A stretch of 64,000 nucleotides of DNA from Octopus sinensis (taxonomy: Eukaryota). The translations under genes and the position numbers were made by a program. This document shows, in pieces, positions 1 through 13,152 of the stretch (positions are counted from its first letter, which is position 1; each line of letters starts with the position of its first letter). Below the pieces are notes generated by a model. The model did no database searches and was not told where the DNA came from. It was given only the letters and a program-made list of their open reading frames with translations. The DNA lies in contig NC_043004.1 in assembly GCF_006345805.1 (NCBI RefSeq), forward strand, positions 64,790,001 to 64,854,000, given 5' to 3'.

Positions 1-485
1 CAAGCCAAGAACCATCAAGCCAAGTGAAATCGAAGCTGTGGATGATGCTAGTGTCAGATAACTGGTACCTATGCTGGTGAGACGTAAAAAGCATCTTTCA
101 AGCATTGGGCCTCATGGAGGCAAAGTGGCCGATGTCCGTGGCATGTGAAAAGCTCCTTTTGAGTGTTGAGCCTCATAGAGGTAATGACAAATGACTGAGA
201 CCTTTGCTATTTTGTCGTGCTTGAAAAGAAGACCCATCAAGCCAAGTAAAATCGCAGTCATGGCAGATTCAGGTGTCACGCAAATGGCACCTGAGCCAGT
301 GGCACATAAAAGCACCCATTACATTCTAGGAGTGGTTGGTGTTAGGAAGGGCATCCAGCCATAGAAAACCTTGCCTGATCAGATTGGAGTCTGATGCAGC
401 CCTTCAGCTTACCATCCCTGGTCAAACTGTCCAACCCATGCCAGCATGGACAACAGACGTTAAATGTTGATAATGATGATGATGA
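1..485 (+). mobile_element. SINE-like dispersed repeat (family 2, GAT tail), 5' part outside the window
   Basis: Shares ggcacataaaagcaccc...gttaggaagggcatccag...cccatgccagcatgga...(GAT)n with copies at 16040-16375, 38320-38545, 44400-44650 and minus-strand copies near 39850-40005 and 40800-41060. Confidence 0.8.
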
Positions 486-860
486 CAATTATGAGTACTC
501 TGTCAATATTTTAAATTAATAATGCACCATTTTATAACTTCAAGGTTTCGATGATATGATTGTTCATTTTTAGAATGACATTGTAGGGTAGGTGTGAGAG
601 GTCAGATCTGGTCAGTTTGAACGTAAAACAGGGAGAATATTTCAGCTGGATATGACCAGTTTGAATACTTAAGGGTTAAATAGGAAAACTGTATCATAGA
701 ACCAAGTGTGTTCCCAGGTGGGAGGGTATCAAAAGGGTTAAGGGCATCAGATTGACAGAATCGTTGGTGGCAGAAAAAAAAATTCTTTATCATATTTGTT
801 CCAGTTCTTAATGTTTTGAATTCAAATTACCCTGAGGTCAATTTTGCCTTTCATCCTATT

Positions 861-1156
861 GTTGTTGCTGTTTGTTCTTTTCGAGTCACGCTTGGTTCAT
901 AGGGCTGGTTTCCCAGTTTCCTTGGCATATAGGTTCCCCACCTAGACAGGACGCCGGTCCATCACAGGTGAACTGCAAGATAAAGGAGGAAAGAGTGAGA
1001 GAAAGTTGTGGCAAAAGAGTCAGCAGAAGTTTGCCATTACCTTCTGCCAGAGCCGTGTACATAGGTATTTTGCTCATAAACACACACATCGCCCAGTCTG
1101 AGATTCGAACCCACGATCCCTCGACTGCGAGTCCGCTGCTCTAACCACTAGGCCAC
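861..1156 (-). mobile_element. tRNA-derived SINE with 11-bp TSD, nested in an older SINE
   Basis: Minus-strand A box TGGCCTAGTGG and B box GGTTCGAATC; AAC-type tail; TSD ttcatcctatt at 850-860 and 1157-1167. Confidence 0.85.
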
Positions 1157-1551
1157 TTCATCCTATTAAGGTTGATAAAAATAAAATACCAGTCATGTAC
1201 TAACTCCCTCTCCTCGAAAATGATGGTGTTGTGCCTAGACAGGATGATCAAGGCATAAGATGCCTAATGAATCAGAACTGACCTTAGTCTACTGAACAAT
1301 ATCAACAACAAACGACCAGTGAATCATCAACACAAGATACAGTATGGATCCATAGTCTATTAGACTTTGGGATCAATACTGTCAAATCCATAGTCTATTA
1401 CACTAAACAAATATAGTTGCAAACAAATTGCTCTTCAGAAATAACAATGTTGAATAATTAACAAAAAGAAAGGGGGAAAAAAAACCACCATTTTCTTTAA
1501 TATCTTGGCTTAATATCTTGGCAATCATCTGTGAATGTGGTTTACTTCCAG

Positions 1552-1614
1552 CCCAAGCAGTTGCTAATGGAGATCCACTTCAAGCCTACGCAGTACAGCC
1601 TTATGCAGGAATCG
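1552..1614 (+). CDS. CELF4: CELF3-6 family coding exon, divergent domain (AQAVANGDPLQAYAVQPYAGI)
   Basis: Acceptor ttacttccag at 1551 and donor GTCAGT at 1615; 63 nt, phase 1-1. Peptide resembles the CELF4 DPLQQAYAGVQQYAG segment and joins the next exon in frame. Symbol gives the closest vertebrate paralogue; invertebrates have a single CELF3-6 orthologue. Confidence 0.75.
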
Positions 1615-1745
1615 GTCAGTATACACAGTTAATCTTATGTACATTGATTTCTTATGTTTTATCTAGCATTGCTTCTTCTTTCTCTGTGGTAGATAACATT
1701 ATGTTTTTCTTGATTTGTTCTTTTCTTCCTTATGATTATATTATA

Positions 1746-2160
1746 GACATGGGCGTGGCTGTGTGGTAAGAAGTTTGCTGCCCAACCACATGGTTCCGGG
1801 TTCATCCCCACTGTGTGGTACCTTGAGCAAGTGTCTTCTTCTATAGCCTCAGGCCAACCAAAGCCTTGTGAATGGAATTGGTAGACAGAAACTGGAAGAA
1901 GCCTGTTATATATATGTGTGTGTATGTGTATGTGTGTGTATGTGTATGTGTGTGTGTCTTTGATTTGGTGCCTGTCTCCGACAACCACCTGACAACTGGT
2001 ATTGATGTATTTACATCCTTGTAACTAAGCAGTTCAACAAAAGAGACTAATAGAATAAATGCCAGGCTCTAAAAAATATGTATTGGGGTTGATTTATTTG
2101 GTTAAAAATGCTTCAAGGCAGTGCCCCAGCATAGCCATAGTCTAATGGCTGAAACAAGTT
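1746..2160 (+). mobile_element. tRNA-headed CORE-like SINE (family 1)
   Basis: Head gtggctgtgtggtaag...ggttccgggttc, core accttgagcaagtgtctt resembling the MIR CORE ccttgggcaagt, tail gtgccccagcat...gctgaaacaag. Confidence 0.8.
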
Positions 2161-2542
2161 ATTACAAGTTATTAAAAGACATTATCAACACAGTATCAAG
2201 TGATTTTCTACTGTGCCACCAGGTGTCCCTCCATGTTCCTGCATTGTATGCAACATTGCCTTTTAGGAGTCTAGAGTTGTGCTTGTATACAGCATCTATT
2301 TAGCTTGCTTTGTTGTTAGATTTTTGTTATGATATTTGGGGGTTTTCCTTTTTTAGTGTGAAAATACCAGTTGAGAATTCCTTATACTGATTGGTCAGTT
2401 TCGGCTATTTCCATAGCCTCATCAGTAAGGATCACTTGATTCGGACTTAATTCTCTATCAGTATCACATTTAGTGACAATTATAGTTTTCCTTTTTGGTA
2501 ACACATTGTGCACAGCTGCCTATATTAATATTTATATATATT

Positions 2543-2617
<75 letters not shown>

Positions 2618-2661
2618 GTAGCTTGCAAGCACACTCAATTTCTTTTTTTGTTTGGTTCTAG

Positions 2662-2739
2662 CCTACCCGGCTGCGTACGGTCAGTTCCAACAGGCATTAG
2701 CTCAACACGCCACTATTCTTCCCACAGCACAAAAAGAGG
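2662..2739 (+). CDS. CELF4: CELF3-6 family coding exon (AYPAAYGQFQQALAQHATILPTAQKE-G)
   Basis: Polypyrimidine tract + TAG acceptor, donor GTAAGT at 2740; 78 nt, phase 1-1. Matches the CELF4 AYPAAYGQ...QQQREG linker that precedes RRM3. Confidence 0.9.
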
Positions 2740-4899
2740 GTAAGTAAAGTTACTTTTAATGGACTTTTTTTTTTGCTTCACACTGTTATCTTATGCTTTA
2801 AGATGTTGATATTGTGGCTGTTGGTCAACCAATAGATTAGCCCTAATCCAGCAGGCTTATAATCAAAGCTGTTTCAAAATGGGACCATTCCTTTTTTTTT
2901 GTGTTTGAGTTAGATTGTATCTAGGATTGTATTAATAATAATAATAATAATGGTGACAATGTTGCAGTTTTGCTTTTCTCAGCCTTGATCCACAGGTGTT
3001 CCAGCTATGACCATCCCATCTTTTATTCAAACATAGAGACTACTATGTAATATTAATGATAACAGTGATAATCTTGTAGTTTAACCCCAGGTCAGCCATT
3101 ATCCAGTAGATCTATAATCAAAGGTATTCAAGCCATGATTATTTGATCTCTTTTCCTTTAGACATAATGCATCTAGGATTGCATTATTTCATATTCTTCC
3201 ATTTTGAAGTGTGCATGCCATGATTTGACGGAAATTTGACTGCCATATTTAACTGGTAATAACCATGCTGTGGCTCTCTGGTTTGGTTCATATGTCAACT
3301 GTGTCTTTTGAACATATCTCTGAGACAGTCTGTTATTGACCGTTCACTTGATGTACAGCTGTTTTGTTGTCTTCAGTAAGTTGACCAATAGTAGCTGTTT
3401 CACTGAACTTGGACACAATGCACCATTTGAGATCAAACTCATGGCCTTAAGCACTAATCCACATGCCTTCACAGTCAATTGAGGTTGAGAGAAACCCAAA
3501 GAGATACACCTATACCTCTCCACTTATTACATGTTTTCAAACCTTTCCAAAGTGCTCTTTGTCCTGAACTTTGGATTAGGTTATGAATATTGTATGAAGC
3601 AGCAGCAGTTTCTTCCTTAGGCCCATCACATCTTGGATATTCAGCCAGGTGATGGGTAGGAGGGCTGAGAGGTGGGGGTACATGTGTCTACTCACAACTG
3701 CATGGGCACCTGAAACAGTTAAGAAAAGACTCAGTATCCTACTGAGTCTTTCTCTAGTTCATATGATAGCCGCAGTAGTAGGAGTATTGATAGGAGCATT
3801 GACCTTGCTTACCTGCTTAACGTCAGTAAGTGGGTTACAGACTAGAAAGGAAGCTTGTGTTACTTCATTTGCTAGAAATAACAGCCAGATCACTTGCGCC
3901 ATCCGTTGTTCTTGACTACCTCTTCACAGGATAAAGACGGAATGGTCACAGTTGGAACATTCTTGATTATAAGTCTATTCAATCAGGGTTGACCTGAACA
4001 ACAAAAGCAGCAATAAGTGGGTCGTTTCAAGAATTTCGTTTTTACTTTTGAAATATTTAGATTTCTTTTTTGTTGCTTTTGTGCCTTTGTCAGATTATGA
4101 GATTGCGTAAATATAGATTGGGTGGGCAGTAGAATTAGGCATCAACCCCACCACTAACACCAACACCATTTCAGAGTCTACAATGATTGATAAGTGTGAG
4201 CCTGACTTGTGTCTTTGACTATTCTATCCATGAGATAAGTAGAGCAGTTCTCAAATTGTCAAAGGTCAGTTCCTGCTCATGCCCATCAAATGATTGGTGG
4301 AATTTGTTTGGCCATTCCAACACCCCAATATTTCATTCATGAGAAGACAAAATGAAGTTTGACAAATTACCATGTGCATGGTGAACAGCAAGAATTGGAG
4401 CAATGACCTGCATATTCATTCTTAATATGTCCAGTAGATTTGAACCTGAATATGTTTAAACACTGTTGTATTTTATCATTCAGATGTGTGTTCATAACAC
4501 AGTCGATTCATTTGCATAAGGAATCTTTGGGACATCCAGTGTTTCAACATTGCTGTTTTTCATCAACCAAAGGCAACTCATGGATCTAACAAGAGTTTAT
4601 GGTTCTTGTTTAAATTCAGTAAACAAATTTTTTACTGATGTGTGCTAATATTTGCCAACCAATAATAAATCATCAAACACACAGTGAAAAGCAAGAATTG
4701 AAATGATGACTTAGATGTTTATTTTTAATACATTCTAACAGATTCTGTTGCATTTTGCCAATGGAGAACTTCTTTTAGATGAATCTTTGGGACATCCAGT
4801 ATTTCAACATCATTGTATTTCATCAGCCATAGGTTACCCTGGACTAATGAATCTAACGAGAGACTGTGGCTCTTGTTTATGACTTAGCAAATACTGGCA

Positions 4900-5165
4900 T
4901 TCTGTTGAGAGTTCCAGTTGATCCAATCAACGGGACAGCCCGCTCATGAAATTAATTTGCAAGTGGCTGAGTACTCCACAGACTTGTGTACCCTTAATGT
5001 AGTTCTCAGGGAGATCCTGCATGATACAGAATGTGACAAGGCTGGCCCTTTGAAATACAGGTACTACTCATTTTTGCCAGCTGAGTGGACTGGAGTAACA
5101 TGAAATAAAGTGTCTTGCTCAAGGACACAACATACTACTGGGAATTGAACTCACAGCCTTCAGCA
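4900..5165 (-). mobile_element. SINE (family 3) upstream of the RRM3 exon
   Basis: Minus strand gtgagttcaattccc B-box remnant plus gtgtccttgagcaagacactttatttcatgtt core shared with 6903-7140, 43015-43275 and 50334-50662. Confidence 0.7.
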
Positions 5166-5443
5166 AACAACAAAGTTTTCATGTATATAATTCTTTCTAC
5201 ACTATGTTTATAAAATAATTATTTTATAATTATTAAAATTATTGTAATTTTATGAAGCTTGACAGTTTGTCCCCACACCCATCCACCTACCCATTTTTCT
5301 TTTAAATAACCCACCACCATTAACTTCAGGAGGGCCTAGCATATATGTATAACTGTAATATATTTAAACTTCTCTACCTATGTATATTTATGTATCTATT
5401 TATGCTTATTTACTTACGTATGTTATGTTCATGTGTGTATGTA

Positions 5444-5525
<82 letters not shown>

Positions 5526-5650
5526 TATATGTTTATATGTGTGTGTTCATAAATATATTTATGTATATGATGTGCACCTCCATTTAAGTATATATAATGA
5601 TGTATATATGTATTTATATACAGCCATGCCTATGTTTCTGCTATCTCCAG

Positions 5651-5794
5651 GGCCGGAAGGTTGCAATCTTTTTATATATCACTTGCCCCAAGAATTTGGC
5701 GATGCTGAACTAGCCCAGATGTTCATGCCTTTTGGTAATGTTATTAGTGCCAAAGTCTATGTCGACCGCGCCACCAATCAAAGTAAATGCTTTG
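5651..5794 (+). CDS. CELF4: CELF3-6 RRM3 N-terminal half exon ([49 protein letters not shown])
   Basis: ctccag acceptor, GTGAGT donor at 5795; 144 nt. Contains RNP2 (LFIYHL) and the start of RNP1 (KCFG); nearly identical to CELF3-6 RRM3. Confidence 0.97.
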
Positions 5795-6008
5795 GTGAGT
5801 AATGCCTTTTGTCTTTAGTTCCATTTCTTTTCTGTATATAACTTTGTATATTTATTTATTTGTCATTTGTGTCTATTTTTTATTTATCTAAATATATATA
5901 TTTTGACATATATTTTTTAATTTATTATTAACTTTATTAAATTTGTAAACCAAAGAAAAAAAAGAAAAGATAAAAACTTCCAAATTCCATATGAAAGCTT
6001 AACATATA

Positions 6009-6042
<34 letters not shown>

Positions 6043-6902
6043 TATATTTATATATTTATATTTATATATTTATATTTATATATTTATATTTATATATTTA
6101 TATTTATATATTTATACATATATATTTATACATATATATTTATACATATATTTATACATATATATTTATACATATATATATATTTATATTTATATATTTG
6201 TCATTTGTGTATTTTTCGGTATAGTTTTTTTTTGGGGGGGGGAGTAATTCTTTTAAAAAACAAATTTAGAAAAATGAAAAGATTTTTTTGAAAAAATACA
6301 ATAAAAAAATATGCCCTCTTTCCACTGGTGCTATTATAGCTGTAATACCAATTTGTATTGTCTGAACACAACTAAAACTTCATATTTATAAAGAAGGAAG
6401 AATTGGGGGGAAAGTGTGTTGCAATTTTTATGCCTTTCCCAAAGACTTAGCCAAATGGCCAAAAGTACTTCCCAAAGACCGGCTTACCTCTTCAGAGCCA
6501 AGAAATGCTCAAACTCTTAACAACTACAACTTTCACGTAAGACACACTTCAGAACAATGCTCCCAAGTCTGGAACAGTGCTACAGATATCCTAGACCCCT
6601 GCTCCTAGACAAATCAATGCATGGGCACCCCTACATACACAGTACAGCATAAATTTGCATTGGGTCCTTAGATCCTTGTGGGAACACAAGTAATGGCCCA
6701 GTGTACCCACATTTTGAAACAACCCTGTCCTAGAGCATGTCCAGAAAAAGCACCACTCAACAGAATGAAATAATTGGCCACAACTGTTTGGGTGCTAGTG
6801 ATTTGGTGCAGCTGACTGAACATTTAACTTATTTTGATAACAGTACTTTTTGGCACTAGAAGCAAACACTCACACACACACCACACACACACTCAGAAAT
6901 TT

Positions 6903-7140
6903 AGTGGAGGCACATGGCTTAGTGGTTAGGGTGTTTGACTCATAATCATAAGATTGTGTTTTCGATTCTTGGACCGGGCGATGCATCATGCTCTTGAGCA
7001 AAACACTTCATTTCATGTTGCTGTAGTCCACTCAACTGGCAAAAATAAGTCGTGCCTGTGACAGACCGGTGTCCTGTCCAGGTGGTGAATATATATACCA
7101 TGGAAACCAGGAAGCCAGCAGTTATGAGTCACTATGACTC
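6903..7140 (+). mobile_element. tRNA-derived SINE (family 3 head/core)
   Basis: A box TGGCTTAGTGG, decayed B box ttcgattc, core ctcttgagcaaaacacttcatttcatgttg. Confidence 0.7.
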
Positions 7141-7242
7141 AAGAAGGTTAACTTTACTTACTCAGAAATATACACATAGAAAAAGTAGGGAGAGATACAC
7201 AAAAATCCATTATGAGAAAACTTTTTTTCCATGTTTCATAAA

Positions 7243-7464
7243 CTCTTTCAATGCCAACCCAGCTGAAACTGTTTCTGGCTCTGCAGTACAAATGTCTTGT
7301 TTTCATAAGTTTTGAATGAAAATCTTCCACCAAACCTTAGTCACAGTTTATGTTCCTAACACCAGCTTAATGATAACAAAGTTATTTTTCTAAATCTTTT
7401 GTTATATTTAAAATTGCTTGAAAGAAACACAGAGCATCTCAAAATTAATACAGTAACAAAAGGG
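7243..7464 (-). mobile_element. TTAA-flanked MITE (piggyBac-like), inverted relative to 11910-12118
   Basis: Reverse-complement similarity to 11910-12118; ends in agggTTAA; left end decayed (TAAActctttc). Confidence 0.6.
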
Positions 7465-9597
7465 TTAATATTTCACTAGCCATCATAGTGAAAGTTAAAG
7501 GAAGTTTAGTAGTTGAGTAGTTGTGATAACAAGTTTGTTGTTAACTAGAATAAAAACAAAAATTTTCACATTCTCAATAGGTCCTGGGGACAAATAGTCT
7601 GATATCAAATAAATCAGGGTCAAATTAGCAAATAGGCAGGATCAAAACAGCTGTACAAACATGTCTCATACTCTCCACTCAATTCATTGACATGGAGTCC
7701 TTTACCAACACCTTCCTCATGGTATTCTGGGTCTTCTCTCTCTCTTTTCTACTTCTACTACTGTGATCTCTGCTCTTTGCAATTGACTGGTCTCATGTCA
7801 CCTCTACTTTAACTACTGCACATACGTTTATTTCTTCTCTTGACATCATATTCGTATTGTATTCTCTCTCTCCTTGGCCCTGCATAAAACCTCTACATTC
7901 ATCTTCCTCCTAGAATTTCCTCTCAACAGTTACAGGAATAAAAACAAACATTTCATTCCTACAACAGTTGACTTGCAACCATTCAAGAATAATGCTAATT
8001 CCATTGACCTCACTGGTCTTGGAGTAATGTGTTGTTTGGCTAAGAGTGTAACTCCCTTTGCCAGACCAAACCAAAAATATAAAATAAAGAAAACACATAA
8101 AACTTAGCAATCATATGTAAAATGAAATAGATTCAATCTGGAATTGAAACTGGGTTGCAGGTCTAAGTAGCAAACAGCTTACCTCCTGTTCTATCATGTT
8201 TTGTATTAATTGAAAAAATTATTTATAGTTTAAATTATATTTTGGTGAGAATGGGAAGTGTGGGAAGGCAAGGGTCATTATATTTACCATCACTAATAAT
8301 TTTAAATATAATTATTATTATTACTATTAAAATTATAATAATTATAATTATTATTTTTTTAAATTTCTGCCAGCAAAATATTCAAGAAAACAAAACAAAA
8401 ACAAATTAGACTGAACATTTTTTAAAAAAGGATTTTCTATCTCAACTTATTCTGAATTATCTGTATTTATTTATTCATTTATTTATTTTCATTTATTAAA
8501 TTATTGATTAATTATAATCTCCTAAAGAATCTATATCTCCCCCTCCCATTTTTTAAAAACTATTATAAAAGCAACGACAAAAATGTAAAACAAGAGAGAT
8601 GGAGGAGGGGGAAAGAGAGAGTTTGTGTTTGTGTGTGTTGCCAACCTACAAAAATTCCTCAACAAAAGACTTTACCGATATGAGGGTAAAATTGATTCTA
8701 GATGCAGAATAAATTTACATGATCGTTAAAGAGGCTTTGTAAAATAACGAAGGCTCGTAAATTTTAAAGAAACATAAAATTATGCACAATATAATAACTA
8801 AAGATGACATTATAATGGAACAATATAAAGTAATTATAGGAAGAAGAAGAAAAACTATATAAAGTGGGAGAAGGTAGGTGGGGCGGGTCACGATGTGTGC
8901 TATATTTAGTAATATTAATTCACTTGGTATTTTTACCCTTAACGAACTATAGAAGAAACAAAATTTGGAAAAAAAGAATCTTGATTATGTTTGAAAGCAT
9001 TTCAGAATGAATTTACCAAAGATATATTTTATGTCAACACAGAACATCTAATTCAATCGAATAATCTATGAAACACATTAGACACCCAAGCCAATGAGGA
9101 GAGGAGGGGAAACTCTATGGGGTCATAGTATAACTTGCTAGAAATAGTAACGAGACTCTCTAATCACATTCCACATTCTTAAACCATTTTGTTTGGTAGC
9201 CTATTTCTCATTAAATAAGTCTTTTTGGAACAATGTATTTCAAATGACAATATGGCTCTAAATGATAGCTCATAAATTCATCTCTGCCCCCTCCCCCCCA
9301 GCCCCACCCATTTCTAACCACATGTTAACTCTCCCCTTACACTCTTATGAAACTAACTATCCTCCAATCCACTGTTTGTATCCGCTTATCTTCACTTTTT
9401 TGTATCTTGAGATTTTGCTCATCCCAGTTACAGCCATCTGCCCTTACATAATGTGAGGTAGCCACATACCTCCTCTATAGCAAGGCACCTGTGCTTGTCT
9501 TCTGTCACAACCAACACCCAGCATAAAACCACCACCCCATCTCAAATATTCCACCCACATGGTCAAGGGGTCTTTTTCTCTGTTATTTTTTTTCTAA

Positions 9598-9859
9598 GTT
9601 ATGGGTATGCAAACACACCAGCATTGGTTGTCAAGCGAGGCTGGAGGGACAAACACAGACGCACACACACACACACACATACACATACATAGATATAACG
9701 GGCTTCTTTAAGTTTCCGTCTACCAAATCCACTCACAAGGCTTTGGTCGGCCCGAGGCTATAGTAGAAGACACTTACCCAAGGTGTCACACAGTGGAACT
9801 TAACCTGGAACCATGTGGTTCATAAGCAAGCTACTTACCACACAGCCACTCTTACACCT
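9598..9859 (-). mobile_element. SINE family 1, partial
   Basis: gggcttctttaagtttccgtctaccaaatccactcacaaggctttggtcggcccgaggctatagtagaagacac...accacacagccactc, near-identical to 12691-13152. Confidence 0.85.
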
Positions 9860-10481
9860 ATTTTTGTTAAAATACATTGCTTTTGATTTAGTTAATTTTG
9901 AAAATAATGAATTTAGTTAAATAATTGTCATTGTTAAGCTTGTGTTTGGAACATAAATTAACAAGGAATTTTGATGGAAGGTTTCGATTAAGATCAGTTT
10001 CACACAGGAAGTTTGAATCACAGAACTCAGGATGGTCTCAAGTGGGCTGGTATCAGAAGGGTTAAATTCCCATAGGGATAATCAAAAATATCCCCTCTTT
10101 CAACTTCTCTCCTTTCTAATGTCAACAGAGTTAATCTAAAATTAATGAACATCACTAATTTCAAGTCAGAAATGATGTTTTGAATAATTAAATATGAAAT
10201 TCAAAATAATTAAGTAATTACTAATCATTTTTTTTTTTTTACATTTTCTAATTCCTTTTCATTAAGATTTCTTAATAAGCAACAACAGAAATTAACTTTT
10301 AAGTTTGCTGACTACAATCTGTCATCGCAAGGACATAAATCTGCTTTCTTTAAAAGTCAATCAATTTATGTTGACATTTAATAAACTCAATAAGATTCCT
10401 TTGATTTCAAGTCACAGATCACATGACATTTTCTCCAGACATCATCAGCAAGTCTTTCATCCAAGAAACTCATTTGCTTAA

Positions 10482-10685
10482 GGCAACGAGCTGGCAGAAT
10501 CGTTAGCACACAGGACAAAATACTCAGCGGTATTTCGTCTGCCACTACGTTCTGAGTTCAAATTCCGCTGAGGTTGACTTTGCCTTTCATCCTTTTGGGG
10601 TCGATGTAATCGACTTCATCTGTTTGTCTGGCCTTGTTTGTCCCCTCTGTGTGTAGCCCCTTGTGGGCAGTAAATGAATAAGAAA
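10482..10685 (+). mobile_element. SINE family 4
   Basis: gagctggcagaatcgttagcac...gttctgagttcaaattcc (B box)...tttgcctttcatcctt...ggggtcgatgtaatcgac; related copies near 12130-12370 (-) and 16375-16710. Confidence 0.7.
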
Positions 10686-10753
10686 CTCATTTGCTTTCTG
10701 AGACAGTTTCTTACATGGTCACTTCTTCAACTAGAAATAGCAGCCAAAAAGCA

Positions 10754-11014
10754 TAGTGGTTCTCAACTGGGGTCTAGATGGCCCTTGGGGGGGGGGGGGT
10801 CATATAAGATTTTGTTGATAAAATTTATCTGCAATAAACTAGTTATACTTTTACAATACACAAAATATTTTAACAATTTTTTACGTACAATTCGTAATAA
10901 TATTTAATTATGAAAAATACTATTATTTTTCACACATCAAATGGCTAGGAAGGTACGTGCAAATAAAATATGAATCAAAAGGGTTCCTAAGTAAAAATTG
11001 GTTGAGAAAAACTG
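10754..11014. mobile_element. hAT/Charlie-like MITE remnant
   Basis: Left tagtggttctcaact and right gttgagaaaaactg resemble the Charlie TIR CAGTGGTTCTCAAC; no TSD seen. Confidence 0.5.
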
Positions 11015-11712
11015 GGTTAGATGAGTATATGTAATTAAGGTATTGCTTAGCAGCTAGATGCCCTTCCTGTCATTAACCCTTATCTGTTTTTCGAGTAAGG
11101 GAATTTTTCCATACACTCATCTTTGAAAGTGTAGAGCTAATGAAGATTTGTTAATAGGGAATGTCAACATAACCACACCATTTATAGCTCAATCCCTTTT
11201 CATATGAAGTACAAAGACATGGGTATGCAACCACACACACAACAGACTTATGTATGCTTTCTCTTTAACAAATTCACATACAAGGCATTGACTGGTGAAA
11301 CTTCACCCAAAGTTATAGCAGGTCTCATGTTGTGGGACTGAACCAAAAATCATGTAGTTGAGAAACAAACATCATACCCACACAGCTGCATTTGCATCAA
11401 TTATACATATGTACAATGTGATCTATGTAAACATTCTTAGTCTTGCTCAGAAGATTAATTTTGGCTTAAAATCCAAGTTACAGAGAGATTAGGATTAAGA
11501 AGACTGTTGTGATTCTGAGCCATCTTTGACTCAAGATTGTATAAAACAATGTTTAGTGTGTGTTCATAAGCCAAATTACAAGCACCTGGCAGGTAAAGTA
11601 GTTCTGTATATACTACAGCTGTCACTTGTGATCAAGGATGATTTGGTATCAGCATGAACTAAGCTTTTACTAATGATTCCAGACTATCATGTAGTTGCAA
11701 GCAGTTACAGGT

Positions 11713-11743
<31 letters not shown>

Positions 11744-11744
11744 T

Positions 11745-11802
<58 letters not shown>

Positions 11803-11909
11803 CTTCCACCCTTGACCCAGCAGAATATCCAGGATGTGACAGGTGGAGGGAGAAAAGGCAGCACTGGTATAGGGTTGATATTTTATTTGTAAACCCTGAA
11901 GGGAATTAA

Positions 11910-12118
11910 CCCTTTCATTACCTTATTAATTTTGAGATGTCCTTGTGTTTCTTTCAATTAATTTTAAATATAACAAAGAATTTAGTAAAATTAAGCTAGT
12001 GTTAGGAACATAAATTGTAACTAAGGTTTGGTGGAATATTTTAATTCAAAACTTATGAAAACAAAGCATTTGTACTACAGAGCCAGAGGTGGTTTCAGGC
12101 AGGTTTGTATCGAAAGGG
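11910..12118 (+). mobile_element. TTAA-flanked MITE (piggyBac-like)
   Basis: TTAA at 11906-11909 and 12119-12122; TIR ccctttcattac versus the reverse complement of gtatcgaaaggg (10/12 match). Confidence 0.75.
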
Positions 12119-12690
12119 TTAAAGCACAATTGACTCCAGCAGGACTTGAATTTGGTGTACAGAGATCCAGAACAAATATGGTTTTAAATTTTTGGCACAA
12201 GGTCAACAAGATTGGAGGTGGGGGGTTAAGTTGATTACATCAACCCCAGTACACAACTGGTTCTTATTTTATCAACCCCAAACAGATAAAAGGCAAAGTC
12301 AGTCTCAGTGGAATTTGAACTTGGAACATAAAAACAAATGAAATGCCACTGAGCATTTTACCCAGTGTGGTAATGAGTCTGCAGCTGAGGAAAAGAAACA
12401 AGAAAAGAGATGATACCTGTTTAAAGGTATCATTTAAAGGTTTTTTTACTAGAGCTGGATAGATAGATGAAGAGAGATATGTAGATAGGTAGGGAGGGAG
12501 ATAAACAGACAGATATGTGATATGATGTGTGTGTGTATTTTGATGTAAATGCCTGAGGAAACATACACATGGGATGGAGAAATAGTCAAGATTCATTGAT
12601 ATTATAAATAATATTTAATAATATCCAATGTAAGTGAAAATATCCTCACAAATGAAAATGTAGATATCTATATATATATATATATATATA

Positions 12691-12901
12691 CTCTTTTACT
12701 TGTTTCAGTCATTTGACTGCGGCCATGCTGGAGCACCGCCTTTAATCGAGCAACTCGACCCCAGGACTTATTCTTTTGTAAGCCCATTACTTATTCTATC
12801 AGTCTCTTTTGCTGAACCGCTAAGTAACAGGGACATAAACACACCAGCATCGGTTGTCAAGCAATGCTAGGGGGACAAACACAGACACACAAACACACAC
12901 A

Positions 12902-12942
<41 letters not shown>

Positions 12943-12956
12943 TATATATATATTAT

Positions 12957-12989
<33 letters not shown>

Positions 12990-13152
12990 CGCGGGCTTCT
13001 TTCAGTTTCTATCTACCAAATCCACTCACAAGGCTTTGGTCGGCCCGAGGCTATAGTAGAAGACACTTGTCCAAGGTGCCACGCAGTGGGACTGAATCCG
13101 GAACCATGTGGTTGGTAAACATGCTACTTACCACACAGCCACTCCTGCGCCT
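12691..13152 (-). mobile_element. Full-length SINE family 1 inserted in (TA)n
   Basis: Complete head aggcgcaggagtggctgtgtgg through tail catggccgcagtcaaatgactgaaacaagtaaaagag on the minus strand; internal CA/TA tract. Confidence 0.9.

Noticed and set aside
5380-5650. N-terminal extension of ORF 5380-5802
   Set aside because: Intronic microsatellite; the true exon starts after ctccag at 5651.
11800-11870. Possible exon after the (CT)n tract (cccag/cag...gtatag)
   Set aside because: No CELF similarity and a weak donor; the tract is a microsatellite.
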